Source: Zygophlyctis sp. KS116 (Eukaryota; Fungi; Chytridiomycota). Taken from it: a stretch of DNA of 32,000 nucleotides. The position numbers were made by a program, and so were the translations under genes. Positions within the stretch are counted from its first letter, which is position 1. Each line of letters starts with the position of its first letter. The stretch spans positions 30,001 to 62,000 of the forward strand of contig BAAFSQ010000018.1 of NCBI GenBank assembly GCA_054661495.1, read 5' to 3'. The notes under the pieces are model-generated. The model had not been told where the DNA came from, did not search any database, and worked only from the letters and a program-made list of their open reading frames with translations. Shown piece by piece: positions 12,160 through 21,607 of this stretch.

Positions 12160-12982
12160 TTAAAGCTGTTCGCTCTTTATAGCTAAAATTTCAGGCTGAT
12201 CACTGTTAGTCGCCTTACGTTCATAGTCATCCGTGCCTTGAGCCGTTCTCTTTTTAGCATGATACTTCTGTCTGATTTTGTAGACTATTACTCCCAAAAT
12301 ACCCAGGCCTAAAAATCCGAATCCAAGACCTAAGCCCAATTGAAAGGGCCATTCAGGGAATAATTCTCTGTTATTGTCTGCAGATTCAGTCTTTAAGGTT
12401 ATCCGTTCACGAATATCGGCAGGGATATCGCTGTATTCGAATTTATTTCCAGTTAGAGATCTATAATGTTAATTTCAACTTTCTTACATAAAAGATAATG
12501 AATCTAATTTTTTGATTTCTGGAGGGATCGGCAGTGAGAGTTGATTGTTATTTAGAGAACTAACTTTAATTTCAAATATTGTACAGGGAGGATAAATGAG
12601 GCAAATTTCCAATTTCCATGGGAATCGGGCCTGATAACTGATTTTGGGAAAGATCGCTATAATTTGACAACAATAACAATTACAGTACAGTCAAACTTGT
12701 CAAATTTCCAAGTTCTGGAGGAATAGATCCAGAAAGACGTTTATCAACCCAATATATGAAAGTAACATTGTTCTCATCAGAGCAAGTAACTCCCAGCATA
12801 TTACAACATTCAGTACTACTGCTAGAAGAAACTGTCGTAGATTGTCCCATCAATTGCCATGATCGGACAACCCAACAGCAGTCCAAAGACGTTGAATTAC
12901 AAGTTGCCTGGGCTTGAGTTCTAGCGATAAATGCAGACATAGCTATTGCTATTAAAGACTTTTTATTCCCATCAAAGATCAT
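12160..12982 (-). CDS. Plant-type LRR receptor-like single-pass membrane protein, copy B (247 aa)
   Basis: Exons 12982-12684 (299 nt), 12656-12585 (72), 12559-12488 (72), 12460-12160 (301); GT-AG introns of 27, 25 and 27 nt, all phase 2; spliced ORF is open. Signal peptide, Cys-rich cap, LxLxxNxLSGxIPxxxGNL repeats, TM LGLGLGFGFLGLGILGVIVY followed by KIRQK, tail ending PEILAIKSEQL*. Confidence 0.88.
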
Positions 12983-13040
12983 TTGGTTGGTTTTAGATTT
13001 ATTGTTAATTTCCCGGCCATAAATTAAACTTTTTTATTCA

Positions 13041-13285
13041 TTAATACTTTGTATACATCCCGTTTGCCTTTTTTAATGCCACCAATCGCTTCTTATAATC
13101 TCCACAATATCGAGTACAAAATTCATCAGGGATTTTCCCAAATTTCAGAAAAAAAACGGTAAAGTTCATCTTCGCTCGCAGCAGGAGGGTCATCTGAATA
13201 TAGTCTAAACTTCATCCAAGCCCAAATATTCTCTATAGGATTCATATCAGGACTGTAGGCTGGCCATCTGAAAACGTGACACCAA
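13041..13285 (-). mobile_element. Tc1/mariner (DD34E-type) transposase C-terminal remnant
   Basis: WPAYSPDMNPIENIW catalytic-E motif. After a frameshift near 13133 it continues IPDEFCTRYCGDYKKRLVALKKANGMYTKY* (TAA 13041-13043), the canonical Tc1 end. N-terminal part and TIRs not seen. Confidence 0.85.
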
Positions 13286-13562
13286 TAGTAGATGACGTCG
13301 TGATGACACAATACATGTAAACTTGAAGTCTTTAAGTCTTAATAGAGCATGTGGTGTTGTATAATTTGAGTTGAGATAGTAGCACTAACAACTGGCTATG
13401 TTAAAACATTGCCAAGGTTGAATACATGTTCTAAGAAAAAGTAGGTTATTGCTATAAATCCTAATAAAATTCTAGACCAGACAAAGAGTTTTTAGGGAGA
13501 TCATATACCGTGACAAATTAATCTAGTAAAATCATTCTTCTAAACAATGATTATCAATAAAT

Positions 13563-14472
13563 TTAAAGCTGTTCGCTCTTTATAGCTAAAATTTCAGGCT
13601 GATCACTGTTAGTCGGCTCACTTTGGTGCTGATCAGTGCCTTGAGCCGTTCTCTTTTTAGCATAATATGCCTTAAATTGAATAATACCCAGGCATAACAA
13701 TCCAGTTCCAAGACCCAAGCCCAATTGAAAGGGCCATCCAGAGAACAGATCTCTGTTATTGTCAGCATGTTCAGTCTTTAAGGCTATCCATTCTCGAATA
13801 TCGGCAGGGATATCTCTGTATTCGAATTTATTTCCAAATAGAAATCTATAATTTCAACATCTAACTTTCTTACATAGAAACTAATGAATCTAATTTTTTG
13901 ATTTCTGGAGGGATCGGCAGTGAGAGTTGATTATCAGCAACATCACTTTAATTTTAAATTAAGAAATAATTACAAAAATTTTAAATTAGTTAGATTCCCA
14001 ATTTCTGGTGGAATCGTTCCTGAAAGTTGATTTTTGTTTAAACTTCTTTAATATTAAATTAAGAATCATGTTACAACAAGCCCAAACTTTTCAAATTTCC
14101 TAATTCTTTAGTAATTTGTCCCGAGAGCTGATTTTGAGAAAGATCCCTATTATTTAACAACAATTATAATAATTACAGCCAATTCAAATTTGGTAAATTT
14201 CCAATTTCAGGAGGAATAGATCCAGAGAGTTTTTGATTTGACCAATCTATGGCAGTGACATTTGAACCTGTACATCTCACACCACTCATTTTACAACATG
14301 CAGTACTACTGCTAGAAGAAACTGTCGTAGATTGTCCCATCAATTGCCATGATCGGACAACCCAACAGCAGTCCAAAGACGTTGAATTACAAGTTGCTTG
14401 GGCTTGAGTTGCAGCGATAAATGCAGACATGGCTATTGCTATTAAAGACTTGCTGGGCTTAATAGAGATCAT
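13563..14472 (-). CDS. Plant-type LRR receptor-like membrane protein, copy C (264 aa)
   Basis: Exons 14472-14177 (296 nt), 14146-14075 (72), 14045-13974 (72), 13945-13874 (72), 13845-13563 (283); introns of 30, 29, 28 and 28 nt, all phase 2, GT-AG. Same architecture as copy B with one more LRR exon and a TM/juxtamembrane segment 6 aa shorter. Confidence 0.88.
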
Positions 14473-14808
14473 TTGGTTGGCTTTATTATTAATCAGAAGA
14501 GAACGGCAGGTGTGGGATGATTATGTTATTCTAAAAATAGAAATGACTTGATCGATTAAGGAATAATTCCTAAAGATAAGCCCCAAACTATACTGAAACC
14601 ATACTGAAACTCATGAGCGCCCTATAAAATGATTAGACTTTTGCTCTGCGATCTTCCCGCCGATTATAGCATTTTTGGTAAATCTAAAAATCAATGTATA
14701 AAAATCATTTCTGAAACTGTCGCTCTTCATTCAATACAATTCAACGACTGACCAACATTTTTATATGGTTATATTATAAAAGTTTTAAAATCTTATAATC
14801 TCTTTAAG

Positions 14809-15466
14809 CTACCCCTTCCTAGACCAAATTGCAATTAGTTCTTGATGTTCTCCATTAACTCTTCTCTCATAAGTAGACAATGGTTTTTCCGCATATTCAA
14901 GAGTAAAATTTCCACTTAAAAGTTCTTTTAGTAGCTCTAGAGAGAGTGCAAAAGGCGGACCTATAAAATTTTATAATTTTATAATTACCATCCTTTTTCT
15001 CTGAATTTATTGGCCAAATATATGTCACTAATTTCCCATTAGATTTTATAATTTCAGCATATTTCTCCGCCCATTCCAGTCTTTGTTTTGGCTGTAAAGC
15101 ACAAAGAAATAAATGATCAAACGCTAAATCATATTGTTCTGTAATCCCAAAGAAATCCTCTACTTTGAATTTAGCTCTATCAGAAGAATTTTGAGATGCG
15201 ACTTGAATCGCCTTTTCAGAAATATCAATTCCAACTGCAGACCAATTTCTAAATTTACTTATCCAAACCACTTCATAGCCTGATCCACATCCAGGAACCA
15301 GTGCCATCCCTGAATCTCCAAACTTTTCCAATTGAAATAAATCTATTAGTCCTGGAGCCGGCTCTCCTAAATCCCATGGAGTATAATTCTTTTTCCATCT
15401 CTCATCCCATCTTGAGTTGTATTCCTCAATAGACATGTTTACATAGTCTGCGTTTGGATCTGTCAT
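14809..15466 (-). CDS. SAM-dependent thiol/thiopurine methyltransferase (TPMT/HOL-like)
   Basis: W..RW....TPWD.G.P.P, ALVPGCGSGYEV, GIDISE, DFF, FDHLFLCAL. A 28-nt intron 14988-14961 restores GPPFAL; stop TAG 14809-14811. Confidence 0.85.
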
Positions 15467-15529
15467 TATAAAATCAACCGCCCTTGCACTCAACTTTTGA
15501 CATTTACTCAAATAGAAAAAAATTCCAAT

Positions 15530-15991
15530 TTATTGAGCTACAGCTTCTCCTTTTGGAATGATATCAGAATCCCCACCATCAATAATAGATAAAATACCAA
15601 CTCTAAAGTATTTACCACAAGCAGTTCCTAGATCGATATTGTTTCCAGAGTAGTGATGTACACCAGTCTTTGCAAGCATTGCATAGTATTCAATTTCTGA
15701 TTTTCTTAGAGGGGGACAATTTCCAGCAATAAGAATCAATTTAGCTAAAAGATTAGTTGTAAGAAACTTTTTCAGAATTAGATGCAATTTCGTTCCACAT
15801 TTAGTTCAGAACAGGTCTGAAAATATAATCATCACAAAAAGTTGTAAAAAATTACCTTTTCCTGATCTAATAGTCTTTAGAGTAGATTTGTATCCTAGAG
15901 AATATTTTCCAGATTTGATTGCAAGCGCAAGTTTTGAATTTATAGATTCTTGAGACTTTTTAATCTTTTTTGGTGGAGCCGTCGGTGCCAT
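15530..15991 (-). CDS. RPL30: 60S ribosomal protein eL30
   Basis: [25 protein letters not shown] | [24 protein letters not shown]...[12 protein letters not shown]; single 111-nt intron 15855-15745. Confidence 0.97.
15765..15843 (-). ncRNA. Intronic box C/D snoRNA, U25/SNORD25 (yeast snR56)-like
   Basis: C box GTGATGA (15835-15829), guide CAGACCTGTT (15819-15810) directly before D' CTGA (15809-15806), terminal D box CTGA (15775-15772), flanking stem AACTTTT/AAAAGTT. The guide complements conserved SSU rRNA AACAGGUCUG. Confidence 0.85.
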
Positions 15992-15999
15992 TTTTTTTC

Positions 16000-16140
16000 T
16001 AAAAGCCTGCACTTGAAACCTTTAACCTATTGTTTTTTCTTTCTAAACCTACTTTTTCTTATAAAACCTACATTTCATGTTCTAAACCTGTTCTTAAAAC
16101 CTACTTTTTCTTTTTCATGTAAAACCTACTTCACCTAGCC
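16000..16140. promoter_or_regulatory. Cluster of AAACCT(A/G) motifs upstream of RPL30
   Basis: About 7 copies of (A)AACCT(A/G/T) within 140 nt just 5' of the RPL30 ATG; regulatory function is inferred. Confidence 0.4.
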
Positions 16141-16212
16141 AGACGTCATGATAATTGATTTATGAATTACTTTTGATTTATTCAAAATAAAAATGCCCAG
16201 TTTTTAAGGAAT

Positions 16213-17208
16213 TTAGTCTTCCTTTAACCGATGCTCAAACTGATTTCCTGTAAAAGAATCTCCAGAATCAGTATTTACCATCATTCCTATAACCATTATT
16301 AACAACAGTACTAGGACAATACTAGTCCAAAATATAATCTGAAAAGGAACTGAAATATCCTGAAACTCACATTGACTCCCAGCCCATTTCACAGGAGAAT
16401 CAAATCCAGGAATAAAATTCCCATCATCATCAGTAATTGGCGTAGAAATACAATTACATACCCAACAATCCTTATTTTTCCCTAATTTCCTAGATATACA
16501 TTTCCCATGACGTGAACAATTGTTATACATTCTTAATTTTAGATTTATAGTAAAAATTTACGATAAACATTCAGTCTCACTTGCAGCACAAGAAGAAATT
16601 TGTCTTGTATATAGTGATTTTGAATTTATCCACTTTGAAACTGTAGAAATCAACAAAATATGATCATTTCCAGTATTTTTAAATCGTAAAAGTTCCTGTT
16701 CCAACAACTCTAACCCAATCTTGTATTCTTTAGAGTCTTTTGGAATTTCCTGCAGTCCTTTAACAATTATTACAAAACTTGAAAAAGAATTTGGATCAAT
16801 TCTTCTTAGAGAAACAATTTCCGCGGCGAGAGTGTGATATTTCCCTAGAATTGGAATTGTCTCCATAGAGTCTGATTTTTCTAATTGAATTTCCAAAACT
16901 CCAAAATCTTTAGAGTTTTTAAAAGCCTTAAAAAGAATTTCCTCGTCTCTCGTCTTAAATTGTCCATTATAGTCTTGTATTCCAGCAATAATAATCCATC
17001 CTCTCTTTGAATATTTCCAATTTGAATATGAAATTTTGGGAATTTTATTCAAAATTTCAGCGCCAGAATGTTGAAAATTGGACTCTAGCAGAATGGAAGT
17101 TTCAAAACTAGAAATTTCAGTGGTGTCTAGAGATACTAGAGGATAAAAAGTGTTTACCAAGACACTAGAAACTCTTGTCAGAAATAAACTCAAAAACCAC
17201 AATTTCAT
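16213..17208 (-). CDS. Type I membrane protein with C-terminal Cys-rich DUF3844 (Vps3844-like) domain
   Basis: Signal peptide MKLWFLSLFLTRVSS; 30-nt intron 16561-16532; C..SETEC...NNCSRHGKC...CWVCNC...WAGSQC...DISVPFQIIFW followed by a TM helix. Confidence 0.75.
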
Positions 17209-17302
17209 TCTAATTTTAACCCAGCCCTTGGGATTACCCTAATTTGTAAACTGCTAAACTTGTAAGTTTTACTAGGACCCTGCCCTAGGACCCTGTCATC
17301 GA

Positions 17303-19126
17303 ATGCAGTCACTCTTAAAAAGTCATTATTGCAGGGATATTAAAAATGGTCAAATTGTTAAACTCGCAGGATGGGTTTCGAATTTAAAAAGAATCGGAAA
17401 AGATTTGTTTTTTATTTCACTCAGGGATGAAACTGGGACTGTTCAGGTTAAATTCTCTAATGATTTAACTAGTTTCAAGGACAAGTTGAATAGTCTAAGT
17501 TTAGAATCTGTGATTTCTATTCAAGGAAAAGTGGTGCAAAGGCCTGGATCTGAGCTTCCAGTACAAGGACTAGGAAAGTTGGAGGTTGAAGCGGATCAAT
17601 TTACTCTACTTAACTCTGCTGCAAAATTACCATTTGGTTTATTGGAAAAATCTATAAATGAGGAAATTAGACTGGAATTTAGGCATGTGGATTTAAGAAG
17701 GCCATTCATGTTTAATAATATACGGAAAAGGCAAGAGGTTGTAAGGATTGTTAGGAGGAGTTTGGAAGATGATTTTGGATTTCAGGAATTTGAGACTCCT
17801 CTACTATTCAAGTCAACTCCAGAAGGTGCAAGTGAATTTTTAGGTATTTTACTAAAATTATTAAAAATTTAATAGTAGAAGCAAATGATAAAGGGGAATT
17901 TTATGCTCTTCCGCAAAGTCCACAGCAAATGAAGCAGATTTTAATGTAGGATATTAGAAATTTAAAAAGATTATAGGGCTTCAGGATTTGAAAGATACTA
18001 TCAAATTGCTAAATGTTTTCGTAATGAGTCACAAGGGGCTTTTAGGCAGCCAGAATTCACTCAAATAGATTTAGAAATTGCGTTTTCTACTCAAGATTCA
18101 CTCATGGAGATTGTAGAAAATATAATTCAGAAAATTTGGGAAAAGTTTTTTACAAGGATAGAGGTACCAATCAAGAAAATAGACTATCATACTGCAATGA
18201 TGCGATATGGAACTGATAAACCAGATACAAGGTTTGGGATGGAAATTATGAATCTTAATCAACATATAAATGTTTCTAAATTAACTAATCCAAATACCTT
18301 GGTTGAAGCCATTGTAATACCTCAAGGGAAAACACTCTTTAAACAAAAAGAATTAAATCAAATACGCTCTCAGGTTTTGAATGAAACTTTTCCACATTTG
18401 GGGCCAGTCAATGCTAAAGACTTGCTGGTTGTTTTAGCAAAGGATATTTTCGAACCTAAATTAAGTCGTTTTTTGCCAGAACTAAATTTAAACGCTGATC
18501 ATCCATTGAAATCTTTAGACTCGGAAGCTATAGTTATCTTGAATCGACGCAAGCCTGGGTATTTGGGCGGGCATACAATTCTAGGAAGAGTGCGTGCATT
18601 ATTGGGATACCTTATGGAAAAGAATGGCATGATATCATCTACAAGCCATAATTTTCTCTGGGTTCATTCATTTCCCATGTTTGAGCCAACTGTTGAAGAT
18701 GGTAAAACTAGATGGACAGCTAGTCATCACCCATTTACTGCCCCGGCACCTGAACATTATGAACTTGCATTATCTAATCCTGGTAAAGCTATTGGACAAA
18801 ATTTCGACTTGGTATTAAATGGAGTTGAATTGGGAGGAGGTTCAATACGTATCTTTGATCCCATCTTTCAGGAACAAATATTTAAGCAAGTCTTGGGCAT
18901 GTCATCATCAAAAGTGGAAAAAGACTTTGGACATCTACTACAAGCATTGTCGCATGGTTGTCCGCCGCATGGTGGCTTTGCAATTGGTTTAGATCGCCTA
19001 ATGTCAGTTATCTGCAATACTCCAAATATTAGAGATGTAATCGCCTTTCCAAAGCTGGCTGGTAAAGACTGTCTTGTGAAATGTCCCTCTCCATTAAACA
19101 ATGCCAACAAACAAAAGAAAGCATAA
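17303..19126 (+). CDS. DARS2: Mitochondrial (bacterial-type) aspartyl-tRNA synthetase
   Basis: OB fold (AGWV...FISLRD), TPEGA, ALPQSPQ, YYQIAKCFRNE, RQPEFTQIDLE, GTDKPDTRF, HHPFT, ELGGGSIRI, GCPPHGGFAIGLDRL; two ~31-nt introns near 17844 and 17946. Confidence 0.95.
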
Positions 19127-19198
19127 TAGATTGATTACTATATTTTAAGATCAGATCTTAAATTAAAGCTGTGAAAATTAACAACATTTTTAATTTCA

Positions 19199-20139
19199 TT
19201 AAATATTATCTAAAGAAATTAACCGCTCTGAAACATCAGTGGTTGTAATTATTCCCAAATCAGTGAAAAGTAGCGATATTAGAGATGGAGGGGTATAATC
19301 CACTAGTGGTAAACAAGCCTAAATATAAACAAAAATTACTTTTTTACCTTTATTTCTGCGTCTGGTTCTTCTAGAAACTTTAATTGATAATCTTTATTTG
19401 GCAAATCAGACTGACAAAGAGGAAACCTGTGAACAAATTTAAAAGATTCTGCAACTACATAAAGCGGCACATTTGTATAAGATGCTAATACCGCAATTTG
19501 ATAAGTCCCAATTTGATTTATAATCCCTCCATTTTGTACTACACCTTCAGCTCCAACAAATACTGCATCTACATTATCCATATTAAAACCAACTGCAGCA
19601 TCCGGAATCAAAACACATGATATTCCAGCATTCCTTAATGACTTTATAATTCTTTTACCATCATAAGGAGTAAAACATTCAGTCACAATAACCTTAAATC
19701 TGATCTGATTTTCCCTGGCTTTTTTTAGTAGCGCCATTACTACTCTTGAATAAGAATGCACGAGTATAACCATTCCATCTTTAATAAACTTTACTCCAAC
19801 GTTTGCGGCCTGAGACCTGAACCCACTAATCTTTTCCAACACCAGCCGGCCCTCTTCTGCAGCCAAATTCTTCCAATCTATAAAATCAGTCTCTACTGAA
19901 CTTAGTATCGGTTTTGTAATAAATCTTGTAAACATTTCAGTCCCAGCAACGACCCCAATCTGATGATGATTCAATAGAATTTTTTCCATTTCTGCCTTAA
20001 ACTTGAGCATGTACTCTGACATTGTTGATGCATCAGACTCTGTTGTCCATTTTAAAAGCGCTTTGAAGACTGCGCTTGGTTGAGAATCAGAAATATCATT
20101 GCAGGCCTCATCTCTTATCAGCGACTTAAAATACTCCAT
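19199..20139 (-). CDS. GCN3: Translation initiation factor eIF2B alpha subunit
   Basis: ILVHSYSRVV, VFVGAEGVVQNGGIINQIGTY, VVAESFKF.RFPL.Q; terminal exon VDYTPPSLISLLFTDLG with stop 19199-19201. Confidence 0.9.
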
Positions 20140-20294
20140 ATGCCCCCAAACCTCATTGGTTGGCCTTTATCAACTTTTAACATTCCAAAATACTTGTAAG
20201 TATTCAGCGGAATGCTTTGAAGAGCCATTTGTTAATTTAATGAAATACTAAACTCTTATATTAACTTGAGAATTTACTGTAAAATAGTAAAATA

Positions 20295-20789
20295 TTACAA
20301 TGTCCGAAATTCTTCCAAATGTTCATTATTTCCTAATTCTTGATCCCAGTCTTGATAATCTTCATAGGTGCAATCCTCATAATCCTCATCCTCATCATAA
20401 TAATCCTCATCATCATCATAATAATCATAATCCTCATCATCATCATAATCGTAATCCCCATCAAACTCCTCACTCTCTTGTCCATTATCGTCCAAATCCA
20501 AATGCTGATCATCAGAATCATCAAAATCACAAGAGTCATACTCATCAGATTCATTTTGATTCAGATCTAGATCTTCTAGATCCAGAGTCTGATCTGACCC
20601 ATATTTCTTTACAAAAGCAGCCTTGCTGTCTATGCATTCTAGAGTATCTTTGCAAATGCTAATGTTTGCGCATACTGATGACGCTGTATTGCAAATCTTT
20701 GCTAATTTACAGCAATCATTAACTTGAATAGATTCACAGTTTATATTTTGGACTAATGCAATCATTATCATTACCAATACAAGAAGCAT
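20295..20789 (-). CDS. Small secreted protein: Cys-rich N-domain plus Asp/Glu/Tyr-rich tail
   Basis: Hydrophobic signal MLLVLVMIMIALVQNINC, clustered cysteines, then a DYDYDDDEDYDYYDDDEDYYDEDEDYED low-complexity region; intronless ORF. Confidence 0.7.
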   Translation of the reverse strand: MLLVLVMIMIALVQNINCESIQVNDCCKLAKICNTASSVCANISICKDTLECIDSKAAFVKKYGSDQTLDLEDLDLNQNESDEYDSCDFDDSDDQHLDLDDNGQESEEFDGDYDYDDDEDYDYYDDDEDYYDEDEDYEDCTYEDYQDWDQELGNNEHLEEFRTL

Positions 20790-20863
20790 TTTAGAATATT
20801 AATAATGAAATTACGTATTCTATTGTTTACATTGTCCCAATTCCAACTTTGCACTATCTCAAG

Positions 20864-20917
20864 AAAGATTATATTTATTAAAAGATTATATTTATTAAAA
20901 GATTGTATTTATTAAAA
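20864..20917. repeat. 17-nt tandem repeat x3 in divergent intergenic region
   Basis: aaagattatatttatta aaagattatatttatta aaagattgtatttatta. Confidence 0.85.
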
Positions 20918-20970
20918 TATAAAGAGTTGTACTTGTATAGACGTAGAGGTATGAGTTTCAAGTTTAGGAA

Positions 20971-21504
20971 ATGCAAGTTCCATTCCATTATACACATGTA
21001 GAGTATGAGAAGGGAGATCTTTTAGGATTTCTATTGTCTCTCTTGTCTCTATTGCCTATATTTCTACTAATTTCTTATACAACTTTAATACTAGAGAAGC
21101 CCAGGACTCTTCTAGTTTTGGGACTCTTTGGACAATTGGTGAATGAAGGTTTAAACAGTTTATTAAAGAATTCTATGAAAATTCCAAGGCCTCAATTAAA
21201 AGGAAAAGGATATGGATTTCCATCTTCTCATTCTCAATTTATGGGTTATTTTATGGGTTATTTTTTAATAATCATTATGACAAGGAAAATTCCAAAAATT
21301 TACTATTTATACTATTTGGGACTCATGATTGCTGGATTAGGAACTGCGTACTCTAGAACATATTTGAATTATCACACGCTAGATCAGGTTGTGGTAGGTT
21401 TAATTTTAGGAGCAGGATCAGGGCTTTTATGGGGGTTTATCTCTTTAAAGTTTGAAAAGATTCAAAGAAATGGTGGATATCAAAGTAGCAAAATTAAAAA
21501 ATAA
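20971..21504 (+). CDS. CAX4: Dolichyl pyrophosphate phosphatase (PAP2 family)
   Basis: K......RP, GFPSSHSQFM and SRTYLNYHT..QV PAP2 motifs; N-terminal PFHYTHVEYEKGD typical of DOLPP1/CAX4. Confidence 0.85.
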   Translation: MQVPFHYTHVEYEKGDLLGFLLSLLSLLPIFLLISYTTLILEKPRTLLVLGLFGQLVNEGLNSLLKNSMKIPRPQLKGKGYGFPSSHSQFMGYFMGYFLIIIMTRKIPKIYYLYYLGLMIAGLGTAYSRTYLNYHTLDQVVVGLILGAGSGLLWGFISLKFEKIQRNGGYQSSKIKK

Positions 21505-21607
21505 ATTTTAAGCTGATATTGATCTATTATTTAAGAATGTTTTATAATAATTATAATTTTTGAGATTTTTATAAAGTAAAATATACACTGATTTCTGATC
21601 TCTGATT

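Larger units (their letters stand above)
12036..14490 (-). repeat. Local tandem duplication (offset ~1.4 kb) carrying LRR copies B and C
   Basis: Near-identical 3' noncoding flanks 12036-12165 and 13450-13568, and near-identical signal/cap coding segments. Confidence 0.85.

Noticed and set aside
13586-13768. 60-aa ORF MLTITEICSLDG...
   Set aside because: Out-of-frame reading of the terminal exon of LRR copy C.
13846-14176. ~100-nt periodicity resembling a repeat-spacer (CRISPR-like) array
   Set aside because: Fully explained by 72-nt LRR exons plus 28-30-nt introns; eukaryotic context and no cas genes.
20300-20662. His/Asn/Pro-rich, Ile-rich and Met-rich overlapping ORFs
   Set aside because: Alternative-frame or antisense shadows of the GAT/TAT-rich acidic gene, which alone has a signal peptide and ordered domain.
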